Sequence record: HQ630627.1
Reading direction: 5' to 3' (one strand)
Origin: Pseudomonas phage PhiPA3
Length of the DNA stretch: 64,000 bases
The notes beneath the pieces were generated by a model. The model made no database searches and was not told the DNA's origin. It was given only the letters and a program-made list of their open reading frames with translations. The position numbers and the translations under genes were made by a program. Below are positions 47,292-56,252 of the stretch, piece by piece (position 1 is the stretch's first letter; each line of letters starts with the position of its first letter).

Positions 47292-47753
47292 ATGCAAGCT
47301 ACCACCCAAGTTATTGAATCCCTGCTGCTCGAAACTTTGGCCAGCAATCGTGATCTGGATATTTCTGAGAACGGTTTGGGGTTCCATGGGTTGTACCATA
47401 TTTCGCATCCGGTTAAGGAAGATCTGGAACTGATCCAAGCCAAAGCTGTTGTCAAGGATATCATGCCTGACCTCCTGGTGTGGGAGCAGCTGGATGAGAA
47501 AAACATCCGTGCTGGTTACATGACCCTGGGTGGTTACCTGGATTCCGTCAAGTTGATGCAAGTCAGCTATGCTTACCTGGCTAATATGACTGATGAGGAA
47601 ATGGTTCTCGTCCGTCGTCAGCTTGAGCATATCGACCGTCATCACCGCGTGGCCTGTGCTCAGGCTATGAGTGACAAGCTCTGCCTGTACATCGACGTAA
47701 AGGGTACTCACTACGCCCTCACCATCAACGTCATGAACCTGGCAGTGAACTAA
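47292..47753 (+). CDS. hypothetical protein (153 aa)
   Basis: attaggagttacaacaATG. Confidence 0.55.
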   Translation: MQATTQVIESLLLETLASNRDLDISENGLGFHGLYHISHPVKEDLELIQAKAVVKDIMPDLLVWEQLDEKNIRAGYMTLGGYLDSVKLMQVSYAYLANMTDEEMVLVRRQLEHIDRHHRVACAQAMSDKLCLYIDVKGTHYALTINVMNLAVN

Positions 47754-47759
47754 TCCATA

Positions 47760-47789
47760 GGGAGCCTTCGGGCTCCCTTTTATTTTTTG
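47760..47789 (+). terminator. rho-independent terminator (UUCG)
   Basis: gggagcc-ttcg-ggctccc + ttttattttttg. Confidence 0.75.
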
Positions 47790-47809
47790 TCCAATAGGAA
47801 GATATCAAA

Positions 47810-48121
47810 ATGATACCACTTGAAGAAATGCCGACTCCCGTTGATCTGCATGACCTGATGAGTTCCAACGACGAGCTTGTTTACAACAGTCTACAACGGC
47901 GACTTGTAGATGCCATGAACGTACGTGAGAACTGGAGATTCGCCCAACATGCTTTGGGCGCCTATTTCGAAAAGGATTTCTCTGTCGATAAGACCATGGG
48001 TGTCTCCCCTCTGGTAATACAGAGGTTGCGCAACAACCTTCGTGCGTGTGGCTATGTCAGTATTCACGTTGGTATTCAGGTAGGAAACGGTGACTTGCGT
48101 GTGGGGTTCTTCTGTCCATGA
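47810..48121 (+). CDS. hypothetical protein (103 aa)
   Basis: ataggaagatatcaaaATG. Confidence 0.5.
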   Translation: MIPLEEMPTPVDLHDLMSSNDELVYNSLQRRLVDAMNVRENWRFAQHALGAYFEKDFSVDKTMGVSPLVIQRLRNNLRACGYVSIHVGIQVGNGDLRVGFFCP

Positions 48122-48540
48122 CCACACAAGAGAAACTCAATTACATCCGGGAATTCTGTCCACGCATGTTGGACGTCGAACTGAACTTCCCTGGTAATGC
48201 TCAACTATGGCAACTGCTCGGCACGTCATCGATCAAGCATGGCAGTTACGTAGCTTTGGGTGGGGGTGACAGCAGTAAGAAGCCCTATGACGAGGAACTG
48301 TGGACTCGTTGTCTGGAGGTCAACACCTGGGTAGCCGTTATTGCTCGCTTGGTTGAACGGCAACAGAGAAAGTACAGTTGGGAAAATCCGATCAATACCA
48401 ACAAATCAATCATTGCCTGGGCACCATCATTTGATGAAGCAGTTGGCATTCTGTACAACTGGATAAAAGAACACGCTACTGACGAACGCGGTGCAGAATA
48501 CTCGACATCGCTGGAGCGTCGCTTTGTAAAATTCGACTGA
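48118..48540 (+). CDS. hypothetical protein (140 aa)
   Basis: ATGA overlap. Confidence 0.5.
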   Translation: MTTQEKLNYIREFCPRMLDVELNFPGNAQLWQLLGTSSIKHGSYVALGGGDSSKKPYDEELWTRCLEVNTWVAVIARLVERQQRKYSWENPINTNKSIIAWAPSFDEAVGILYNWIKEHATDERGAEYSTSLERRFVKFD

Positions 48541-48550
48541 GGGGAACAAT

Positions 48551-48823
48551 ATGTCAAGGGACATCAAGCTGGTTAAACGTGGGGATAAAGGTTGGGTTGC
48601 TGAACTACTGGGCACTGACCGGCGTTTCAACTTTGATCTCGATGATCAACAAACTTGGGTATCCCTTGGCATTCACCCCGAGGGCGCAGTTCGTTTCGAA
48701 TGTGATATGCGCGGTAATCTGGAACGTGTAACACTCGTGAACGGTGACGTTGAACTGGATAACCTGATCATTCCTGCCGGTAAGGCTCTGTATAACGCGG
48801 TGAACATAACAACAGCGATCTAG
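48551..48823 (+). CDS. hypothetical protein (90 aa)
   Basis: gaggggaacaatATG. Confidence 0.5.
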   Translation: MSRDIKLVKRGDKGWVAELLGTDRRFNFDLDDQQTWVSLGIHPEGAVRFECDMRGNLERVTLVNGDVELDNLIIPAGKALYNAVNITTAI

Positions 48824-48832
48824 GAGTAGTAC

Positions 48833-49252
48833 ATGGAAGAAGATAAACTGATTCTGCTTTTTAACTTCCTGATTATCGGGGGCGCATACTTCGCATTTTG
48901 GCTCGTCATGACCTACATCTCTAAACCGGTGTTGGAGTTTCATGTACGCGCTGTGTATTTGCAGCGACTGCGAGTACGTTGCACCGAACTACGTGGTGGA
49001 TTCAAACTACGGCGTGGTAACAATGGTTTCTATGTTATCATTGGCCTAGACAACAACGTTCGGTATCAACTACCAGGCAATAGCTTCAGGATAGCTCAGC
49101 AGAATCCCGACAACATTATCTTCCAGGTTCAGGCATTCGTTAAGAAAGGGCGTGTAATCAAATACGATTACATCCAGATCTCCAAACACAACGCCTCGCT
49201 GGATTGGGAAAGCCTCCCTATTGGCAATCCTATGCAAGCCGTTTCGGCGTAG
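48833..49252 (+). CDS. membrane-anchored protein (139 aa)
   Basis: ctaggagtagtacATG; TM segment LILLFNFLIIGGAYFAFWLVMTYI. Confidence 0.5.
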   Translation: MEEDKLILLFNFLIIGGAYFAFWLVMTYISKPVLEFHVRAVYLQRLRVRCTELRGGFKLRRGNNGFYVIIGLDNNVRYQLPGNSFRIAQQNPDNIIFQVQAFVKKGRVIKYDYIQISKHNASLDWESLPIGNPMQAVSA

Positions 49253-49270
49253 TCAATTTTGGAGCAAGTA

Positions 49271-49711
49271 ATGACCGCAGCACGTAAACCGGGTAGTGTA
49301 CCCGTGTACCTTGAAGGTGTTAACGACAAGTTCTTCTTTAAAGACCCGACCAAACCCATGGAGTACGTCATGTACACTGACGGTAGTGGTCGCCACGTGG
49401 CTACCGGTGCAATCGTACCAGGTGTTAAGTTTGATATCTGGGCACTGTGTAAACAAGAGCCGGGTCAGGAACTGCGTAACATCGTGATCGATGCCATTGT
49501 GTATCGTGATGTTGATGGCTCCATTCAGGAATACAGCCGTGAGCATCAAGCGATCGCTGTGGATCGTCGCAACTGGGAATTCGGCTTCGTGTCGAAGTTG
49601 GCCGGTTTGCGCTGGGGCTTTACGCTTTCGATCACGCCGGAAACTGGTGAGAGCTTTATCCATGTTGATCTGAAGTCTCCTATTCTGGGGATCAAGTTCC
49701 ACTTCGAATGA
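49271..49711 (+). CDS. hypothetical protein (146 aa)
   Basis: ttggagcaagtaATG. Confidence 0.5.
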   Translation: MTAARKPGSVPVYLEGVNDKFFFKDPTKPMEYVMYTDGSGRHVATGAIVPGVKFDIWALCKQEPGQELRNIVIDAIVYRDVDGSIQEYSREHQAIAVDRRNWEFGFVSKLAGLRWGFTLSITPETGESFIHVDLKSPILGIKFHFE

Positions 49712-49720
49712 CGACATAAT

Positions 49721-49745
49721 GCCCTCCTACGGGAGGGCTTATGCC
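49721..49745 (+). terminator. rho-independent terminator
   Basis: gccctcc-tacg-ggagggc + ttatgcc. Confidence 0.65.
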
Positions 49746-49754
49746 GCAATACAA

Positions 49755-49782
49755 TTATTGTTAGATCTACATTACGTCTTTG
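49755..49782 (+). promoter_or_regulatory. conserved promoter-like box (copy 7, ttagatc-TACATTAC-gtctttg)
   Basis: 32 nt upstream of the small-ORF ATG 49808. Confidence 0.5.
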
Positions 49783-49807
49783 CTATACGTAATCGCTTGA
49801 GGTTTTG

Positions 49808-49915
49808 ATGTCGAACCAACAATTCAAGAACAGTCCCATCAACTCCATCCTAGACCAGTCTTGGAGGAAGCGTAACGAACAGACCCGTCCCAGTAGTAAG
49901 GAGCAAAAACAATGA
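49808..49915 (+). CDS. 35-aa leader/upstream ORF overlapping the start of the next gene
   Basis: gaggttttgATG RBS; the usual 28-45 nt promoter-to-ATG spacing applies to this ATG, not to 49912; stop overlaps ATG 49912. Confidence 0.3.
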   Translation: MSNQQFKNSPINSILDQSWRKRNEQTRPSSKEQKQ

Positions 49916-50214
49916 GCAGTCTTGGTTCGGTAGTGAACGTCGGTATTGACCTGTTCAGTGCCCTGGCTAAATCTGACGTAGTGCGCGGCATGGTTCTACA
50001 GGCCGCTCGTGATGTATTCATCACCCGCACTGATCGTGACAAAGGTTTCAATGAGTATAAATATGCACGTGAGGGCGACGACTTGGAAGTCATCGGTGAA
50101 GACACCGACAATCCAGACGGCGGTTTCCGTGTGATAAACCGCGACAACTACGACCAGATCGAAACCGTACAGATGAGAGATCTGGAAGATACCTTCAACG
50201 AGTATGGGAAGTAA
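49912..50214 (+). CDS. hypothetical protein (100 aa)
   Basis: Strong taaggagcaaaaacaATG context. Confidence 0.5.
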   Translation: MSSLGSVVNVGIDLFSALAKSDVVRGMVLQAARDVFITRTDRDKGFNEYKYAREGDDLEVIGEDTDNPDGGFRVINRDNYDQIETVQMRDLEDTFNEYGK

Positions 50215-50279
50215 ACAAGCTGATGAACCAGCCGTACTACCAACGCATTCGTTCTGGCAAGATGAAGGGGTATTGAGGC

Positions 50280-50420
50280 ATGTATTGGAAAGTAACCGCT
50301 TTCAACGGTACCGAGTGGACTTCCCCGGTATCTCAAACATTGATCGAAGCAGTGGAGATGTTCTGTGAACGGAACCAACTCCATATGCAAGACATCAAAA
50401 TCATTGAACGCATTGATTGA
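50280..50420 (+). CDS. small protein (46 aa), missing from the ORF track
   Basis: gaagggggtattgaggcATG; MYWKVTAFNGTEWTSPVSQTLIEAVEMFCERNQLHMQDIKIIERID. Confidence 0.3.
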   Translation: MYWKVTAFNGTEWTSPVSQTLIEAVEMFCERNQLHMQDIKIIERID

Positions 50421-50427
50421 GGTAATC

Positions 50428-50625
50428 ATGACTGAAGGTGAAGTCGTCTACGCAAATGGTCAGATCACTGCCAACGTGAATGACAATGGTCGACCGTTGG
50501 TTCTAGCGCAAGACGGGGAACGTCTCCGTATCGTTGCTGAATACCCCGACGGTCAGTTTCAAGTGGAGCCGACTAACGATCCGGGTAATACGTTCTACGC
50601 CTCTCGTTATCAACTTCGCTACTGA
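50428..50625 (+). CDS. hypothetical protein (65 aa)
   Basis: gaggtaatcATG. Confidence 0.4.
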   Translation: MTEGEVVYANGQITANVNDNGRPLVLAQDGERLRIVAEYPDGQFQVEPTNDPGNTFYASRYQLRY

Positions 50626-50680
50626 TCGAGACTTTTAACTAGCCCGTTCAATGTAGTAGTTAATTGGCGGAACTGTTAAT

Positions 50681-51022
50681 ATGTTTTATGGTGAATCGGA
50701 CTATCGGATGTGGTCATCCACTACTCACGGTAGAGGTAAGCGTAAGGAAATCGTAACAACCGGAGCGTACTGTGTCGTACATGTAGGAACTGGTAAGTTC
50801 ATTGTAGGTACGTCAAAGAACGTGTCCACTGAAGTAGATCGCCTGATCGTTGAAATTAAAAGCGGTCGTTCCAAATGGCCCAAGTTCAACAAACTAGTCT
50901 CTGGTGAACCTGAGAACAGCGATCTGGAATTACTCGAATTTCCAGCTAACATGAAAGATGCTAAAGCGATTGAAGCTCGCATTCGAAAAGCAGTAGTTCC
51001 GAGTTGGTTGTTACTCAATTGA
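50681..51022 (+). CDS. minimal GIY-YIG nuclease domain protein (113 aa)
   Basis: GAYCVVHVGTGKFIVGTSKNVSTEVDR fits GIY-x9-11-YIG-S-x-N-x-R, followed by acidic residues. Confidence 0.5.
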   Translation: MFYGESDYRMWSSTTHGRGKRKEIVTTGAYCVVHVGTGKFIVGTSKNVSTEVDRLIVEIKSGRSKWPKFNKLVSGEPENSDLELLEFPANMKDAKAIEARIRKAVVPSWLLLN

Positions 51023-51031
51023 GGTAAGGCT

Positions 51032-51658
51032 ATGTCAGAGATCGATGATACAAAAATCTTCGACTACGCCCACAACGTGGCACGTAATCACAAACGTATT
51101 GTTGAAGAACTTCGTGCCGAGTTGCAGGATAAAGACTACATCATCTACACCCGTGCCGGAAGCCCCATTGAATTCCCTAAGGTACAGTTTACCATTGGGA
51201 GTTTGAAAGATGATCTACCAGATTTCGTCATGACTGGGGAACTGGCACGGGAAGGCGTGGAAGCGTTCATTAAGCTCTGTCGCGATCATCTGATTAGACG
51301 AGTGCCTGAACACGTAACGCGCCTGTTGATGCATGTAGACGAGATGGTCAAGATCATCAACGAAGAGCTTGCGGCCAATGGTAACGAATTTGATGTTCGT
51401 GCTATTGCTATTGATACGTCGCAGTTCATGTGGGGCGTTGGGATGAACGCTCGGCGTTTCTATGGGGATTACGCCGAAGACGTGAAAGTGATTCAGTTGC
51501 AAGTTGCGCGTGGCGGTGTCTTCCCTGAAGATATTCATTATCCACAAGCACTGTATCCTCAGCCGTTACTGCCGACTAGTGGCTTTGGTAACTATCGTAC
51601 TCCGATCCCACAGTGGGTGAAGATGCAGCGACAGTACCAAATTCACCGGTTCAACTGA
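51032..51658 (+). CDS. hypothetical protein (208 aa)
   Basis: gaggtaaggctATG. Confidence 0.55.
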   Translation: MSEIDDTKIFDYAHNVARNHKRIVEELRAELQDKDYIIYTRAGSPIEFPKVQFTIGSLKDDLPDFVMTGELAREGVEAFIKLCRDHLIRRVPEHVTRLLMHVDEMVKIINEELAANGNEFDVRAIAIDTSQFMWGVGMNARRFYGDYAEDVKVIQLQVARGGVFPEDIHYPQALYPQPLLPTSGFGNYRTPIPQWVKMQRQYQIHRFN

Positions 51659-51668
51659 GGTACAGGTT

Positions 51669-52019
51669 ATGTCATGGCAATGGGATTCACGTTGGGCTCT
51701 CACGGGTCGTAACACAATCTATCCGAGTGAGAGCCCGTATTACGTGGCAATCTTTGACGAGGCACAGACTGAGGTCATGTGCTTCGTTCGCACTAAGGGC
51801 GAGAAACTGGGTCACTGGGCTACTGAGCCTGCTGACAACATAGAACTCGTCCGCTGGAAAGATTACCTCCAAGGTTGTAGGGCACTTCCAATGATCGCTA
51901 ACAATGTCGATACATTGGAACAGCTCCGCCGTGCTGGATTCCCGTCTGGTACGTACAAATGCACACTCGTGAACCAACGCGATAACGAACGGAGTGTGTC
52001 TCAACTGATCTACATTTAA
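51669..52019 (+). CDS. hypothetical protein (116 aa)
   Basis: gaggtacaggttATG. Confidence 0.5.
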   Translation: MSWQWDSRWALTGRNTIYPSESPYYVAIFDEAQTEVMCFVRTKGEKLGHWATEPADNIELVRWKDYLQGCRALPMIANNVDTLEQLRRAGFPSGTYKCTLVNQRDNERSVSQLIYI

Positions 52020-52030
52020 AGGACATTACA

Positions 52031-52516
52031 ATGAGCAATCTGGGTATGGTTGTACGTGACAATAAAGTTCTCGTGGCAACCGATGATGTGGCAATGGCTC
52101 TGTTCCAATACTGGGCTCCCAAAGGTACGATGGAAATCGAATACCAGCGGGTTAACCAGCGTGTGAAATACGTGGTAGTCGCGCAAGGCACGGCTGCGGA
52201 TCGGGAAACGATGCGTCAGTCACTGTCCACATCCCAGGCGCTCAGTCCCTGGCATATCGAAACGATTCTGCGTCAATGCGAAACACTGGGCGTGGAAGTT
52301 CGTCTGATCGTGGAAGGTGGTGCCCATGTGTTTCAATCCATCCGTGGGGAAATGAAACATGGATTCGTTAAGGATCGTACCATGTTCTTCTCGGGAGACA
52401 ATGATCAGAAGCGTAAGGCATTGTACAAGTACGGCGACCAATTCGGCCCTGACCTCAAGCGGGCTGTGCAGGATGACATCGTCCTGGGTCACTTCGACTT
52501 CGTTACCGTGCTGTAA
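52031..52516 (+). CDS. hypothetical protein (161 aa)
   Basis: aaaggacattacaATG context. Confidence 0.55.
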   Translation: MSNLGMVVRDNKVLVATDDVAMALFQYWAPKGTMEIEYQRVNQRVKYVVVAQGTAADRETMRQSLSTSQALSPWHIETILRQCETLGVEVRLIVEGGAHVFQSIRGEMKHGFVKDRTMFFSGDNDQKRKALYKYGDQFGPDLKRAVQDDIVLGHFDFVTVL

Positions 52517-52525
52517 GGCATAATG

Positions 52526-52553
52526 GCCCTCCCCAACAGGGAGGGCTTTCTAT
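52526..52553 (+). terminator. rho-independent terminator
   Basis: gccctccc-caaca-gggagggc + tttctat. Confidence 0.6.
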
Positions 52554-52573
52554 AACGTCAAGAGGAAATTACA

Positions 52574-52945
52574 ATGGATAAACGCCCCGATGTAAAGAAT
52601 ACGAGTATGTGCTTGGTGCAATACTCGGGTAAGTGCATGATGGATTGGTGGATTAATCGCCGTCTTTGTCAGGAACTGTGTGAAGTCCTGCATGTTAGCC
52701 TGAAGCGTCTGGATACGCTATTTCAGATCGTGGAAGACTCTGACGATGCGCTCTACGACAAGCTTCGGGATGAATTGCTGTTCTTCAGTGGTAGTTACAA
52801 GGAACTGATGGACCTGCTATTCCGTTATCAGGGTTTGTACAAATCCCGTCACATGGATCTGGCCGTACTGGCCATCGATTCAATCATCGGTATTACCGCT
52901 GACATTCATTACAAAGATGAATGTTACGGCAGTGAATTTCATTAA
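52574..52945 (+). CDS. hypothetical protein (123 aa)
   Basis: gaggaaattacaATG. Confidence 0.5.
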   Translation: MDKRPDVKNTSMCLVQYSGKCMMDWWINRRLCQELCEVLHVSLKRLDTLFQIVEDSDDALYDKLRDELLFFSGSYKELMDLLFRYQGLYKSRHMDLAVLAIDSIIGITADIHYKDECYGSEFH

Positions 52946-52956
52946 GGAGAAACCAC

Positions 52957-53508
52957 ATGTTTCTTGGCACAGTTTACAGTAAGGATGGGATATTCCTGAT
53001 CAGCGATGGGAAAGATACCCTCCAACAGAAAGCCGATCAAAACGTCTGGTTTGATTTCGGTACATCGAAATGCAACCAACGGGTCTTGGTGTGGGATGAC
53101 CACTACAAGAACAAGATCCACGGTTTCATGCTCACTGTAAAGGATCCCGGTAAACGGGAGATCCTGCGCAACAAGCTGTACGCCATCAAGGCGTTCAACG
53201 AAACGCACGATGAGAGCATTATCATCGAGGCACTGAGCGAGCTGAAACAAGACGACGAAGCGGCTGTACTGTTGATCACGGACTACGGTCTGCACCTGTA
53301 CCAACCCGCTATCCGTCCTCAAGTCCGTAGGGTACATCTCCCGTACGAACGTCGGGATGGTTGCACTGCATTAGGGGAACTCGACAAGCGCCTGAAAGAA
53401 GAGTGCCTGAATCGTCCGTTGAATGAGTGTATCGGGATGATCAACTACAACCCGGATTTCTTCCTGATTGACGGGATGGTGTTTGAAGGAGCGGACCACT
53501 ATGAGTAA
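52957..53508 (+). CDS. hypothetical protein (183 aa)
   Basis: aaggagaaaccacATG. Confidence 0.55.
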   Translation: MFLGTVYSKDGIFLISDGKDTLQQKADQNVWFDFGTSKCNQRVLVWDDHYKNKIHGFMLTVKDPGKREILRNKLYAIKAFNETHDESIIIEALSELKQDDEAAVLLITDYGLHLYQPAIRPQVRRVHLPYERRDGCTALGELDKRLKEECLNRPLNECIGMINYNPDFFLIDGMVFEGADHYE

Positions 53509-53935
53509 GGTGGTTCCGTTCATCCCACAGTGGAAACGTGATCAGAACAATTACGATCATCGTTACTCATGGGTCGTGACGCAACATCGTGATTACATGT
53601 TCATCGAGCGGCGAGTGTATTACCGCCGTCGTAAACAGGGGGATATCCAGTTCGATACCATTCAGGTAATCCATCTGGGTAAAGATCGTCACTTCACATT
53701 TGTTCAACGTGGCAACGATCCAATGCCAGAGTTCTCCATGGCATGGTTGATCGGTGAATTCGATAACGTGAACAAAGCACGTTACAGTGCGTTCTACGCT
53801 ACCGAAACCATCGCTGATCTACAGGCCCTGGCAAAACGACAAAACATCGTCATAGCCACTTGGGCTATCGCCTTCAACAAAGAAGTCGTCATTACACCCG
53901 AGCGCCTGCTCTGGTCTGACGTTCGGCATGAATGA
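53504..53935 (+). CDS. hypothetical protein (143 aa)
   Basis: ATGA overlap. Confidence 0.5.
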   Translation, partial: SKVVPFIPQWKRDQNNYDHRYSWVVTQHRDYMFIERRVYYRRRKQGDIQFDTIQVIHLGKDRHFTFVQRGNDPMPEFSMAWLIGEFDNVNKARYSAFYATETIADLQALAKRQNIVIATWAIAFNKEVVITPERLLWSDVRHE

Positions 53936-53947
53936 AAGGAAATTCCA

Positions 53948-54469
53948 ATGAAACTTGTACCGCTCAACAGCGTCGTTGGTAAATGCGATGGCGTTAGCAT
54001 CATCCCACGTGATGTTCCCAAATTCGCTAAGATCTGGGAAGGTCTGAAAGAACGTGACGTGGTAGTTGCTGAAGATAAGGATGCCATCAGCATCCATCTC
54101 CCACGGAATCCTTCCGAACAAGAACAGGCTCTGTTCAAAGAAGCCCAAGCGTGGGTTGCTGAAGTCATGAAACCTAGCTTCCTTGACTCGTCGGAAGTTG
54201 ACGAATATGCTCGCTTCATTGCCGATGTCCTCAGTAAAAATACGCGGGCCCTTCTCGAATTGCGTAACAACAATTCATTTGGTCATTACGTGATTGCTGA
54301 AGATCACTTGTGGTATGTCCAGTTTAACCCACACGGGGAGACTGGCAAGATGCATTTCCGCCGTTACATTGGAAGACGTACTTCCATTCCTGAGTACGCT
54401 CCGATTTGGAGCGACGTGGATATGGAATTTAAAGTGGATTACAACTTGAAGGGTCGCCTCGATGGCTAA
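53948..54469 (+). CDS. hypothetical protein (173 aa)
   Basis: aaaggaaattccaATG. Confidence 0.55.
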   Translation: MKLVPLNSVVGKCDGVSIIPRDVPKFAKIWEGLKERDVVVAEDKDAISIHLPRNPSEQEQALFKEAQAWVAEVMKPSFLDSSEVDEYARFIADVLSKNTRALLELRNNNSFGHYVIAEDHLWYVQFNPHGETGKMHFRRYIGRRTSIPEYAPIWSDVDMEFKVDYNLKGRLDG

Positions 54470-54899
54470 ATCTAAAGAACAAAAACGTACTGAAGCTAAG
54501 GAACGTAACGCCCTTAGTTACATGCGCCATCACATGCCTGAACTGAGCCGTCGGTTACCGGGCGGTGAATACTGGCTCCTCTGTGGTGATCACCTGTATT
54601 CGTCTAAGGATGCTGTTAAAGCCTTAGCACACATGACGCGTATCTGCAACGAGATGGGTATCACTCTGACCGGTTCCAAATCGTACGATACCTTCATGAG
54701 TTGGGCTCCGGAACAGCAGTTTGATTTCCTGTTGCATGGTAATAACCTGAATGACCTACGTGAAGGAATGGCACGTACTTACAACATGCGTTTTGGTACG
54801 ATGGATGACGCCTTCATGGTTGATGAAAGTAAGACTCGCGCCGCTATCCGAGATCTGAAACAACATATCACCGCAACGGTAGGTAAAATCAAAGCATAA
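54462..54899 (+). CDS. hypothetical protein, paralog family C copy 1 (145 aa)
   Basis: MAKSKEQKRTEAKERNALSYMRHHMPELSRRLPGGEYW vs 56245 MPKSKELKRLEAQERKREMLLTHHLPALFEVLPGGERY. Confidence 0.5.
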   Translation: MAKSKEQKRTEAKERNALSYMRHHMPELSRRLPGGEYWLLCGDHLYSSKDAVKALAHMTRICNEMGITLTGSKSYDTFMSWAPEQQFDFLLHGNNLNDLREGMARTYNMRFGTMDDAFMVDESKTRAAIRDLKQHITATVGKIKA

Positions 54900-54909
54900 G
54901 GAATTTGCA

Positions 54910-55257
54910 ATGACCATTGGGGTAGTGAAGATTCAAACAAAAGAACAAAGACTGAATCAACTGCGTCGGGACTACATGCTCAAGCATTTCCCGAAGTGGG
55001 CGATGAAAGCACCTAAGATGCCTGGCTTCACCAACTGGGATGATTTCATCAAAGCAACGATTGAACTCAATGCTCGCTCGATAGAAGCTCAGGTCAGTCT
55101 GTCTGGTCGTCATTGGCCGGACGATGATTTGGAAACCCTACGTAACCGTCCCATCGGTCGTTTGATCAAACGTGTGCGTGAACGTGGGTATCCGGCTCAC
55201 TTGATCGCATCTTTCGAAAACGAAGCCCTGAAACAGGGTATTCTTCAGGCAGCATAA
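54910..55257 (+). CDS. hypothetical protein (115 aa), possibly a distant family C member
   Basis: aaggaatttgcaATG; KEQRLNQLRRDYMLKHFPKW resembles the family C N-terminus. Confidence 0.5.
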   Translation: MTIGVVKIQTKEQRLNQLRRDYMLKHFPKWAMKAPKMPGFTNWDDFIKATIELNARSIEAQVSLSGRHWPDDDLETLRNRPIGRLIKRVRERGYPAHLIASFENEALKQGILQAA

Positions 55258-55269
55258 AAGGAAAATATA

Positions 55270-55740
55270 ATGCAACAGAACCATGCCGACGCCATCCGCA
55301 GGCTGGCCGACGAAAAACCCGAACTGTACCAACACTATCTGCGGATTAAGTTCCCCCTCTGGATGTCGTATACCCCTGGTGGGCATAACTACAGTAAGGG
55401 TTATACCAACATCGATCGTCAGTTGCATCTGATGGCCTGGGCTGCTGAAACTCGTGAACTATGTAAGCTCGCTGAAGAACTCGGCATCCGCATCGACGGA
55501 ATGCCTTTCCATCACCAGTACGACAAGTCCGTTGAGCTGCTGATGATCCGCTATTCCCAAGCGGCCAATCTGCGCAAACTCCGTAACTCCTGGAAACAGG
55601 TTCTGGAGGAACTGGGTCTCAACGTCCCTGATTCGGATTGGCGGCGCGCTCGTCAACATCACGATGAATGGGCTGAGGAATGGAAACATTTCCGTAAGAC
55701 CATCAACCTCGCCTACGGTCATCTGGTTATCAACAAATAA
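55270..55740 (+). CDS. hypothetical protein, paralog family D copy 1 (156 aa)
   Basis: FPLWMSYTPGGHNY..DSDWRRARQHHDEWAEEWKHFRKTI vs 55755 FPKYMSYTPGGDRY..DSLWRRSDQKEHDWTDEWTRFRDTV. Confidence 0.55.
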   Translation: MQQNHADAIRRLADEKPELYQHYLRIKFPLWMSYTPGGHNYSKGYTNIDRQLHLMAWAAETRELCKLAEELGIRIDGMPFHHQYDKSVELLMIRYSQAANLRKLRNSWKQVLEELGLNVPDSDWRRARQHHDEWAEEWKHFRKTINLAYGHLVINK

Positions 55741-55754
55741 CAGGAACATACAAA

Positions 55755-56252
55755 ATGAACGAAACCAAATCGCAGAAAATCATGGTCCTCATCCAGAACC
55801 CGATGTACCGTGTTCTGGTGAAAGAACTCTTCCCGAAATACATGTCCTATACTCCAGGAGGGGATCGCTACGTACGTGGTATGTCCGATGAATATATGTA
55901 CATCCATGTGATCTCCTGGGGACAAGTAGCGCAAGAAATTGCTCTGGTTGCCAACCAACTCAACGTTACCGTCGACGGCTTCCCTCGCAGCATCACCAGC
56001 GAGGACGAACACATGACCAAGTTGATGCAGCGCCACTCCCATGCCGCGTCCCTGCGTGACAGCCGTAACCGTTGGAAGAAGGTCATGAAAGTACCGGCCT
56101 TCGACAGTGATGACTCCCTGTGGCGTCGTTCCGATCAAAAGGAACATGACTGGACGGATGAATGGACTCGCTTCCGCGATACCGTTCATCGCTACCTGAA
56201 CCAAGATACCTATCTGAATACCGAAGGTGTGTTGGAGGAACATCATGCCTAA
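55755..56252 (+). CDS. hypothetical protein, paralog family D copy 2 (165 aa)
   Basis: See 55270-55740. Confidence 0.55.
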   Translation: MNETKSQKIMVLIQNPMYRVLVKELFPKYMSYTPGGDRYVRGMSDEYMYIHVISWGQVAQEIALVANQLNVTVDGFPRSITSEDEHMTKLMQRHSHAASLRDSRNRWKKVMKVPAFDSDDSLWRRSDQKEHDWTDEWTRFRDTVHRYLNQDTYLNTEGVLEEHHA

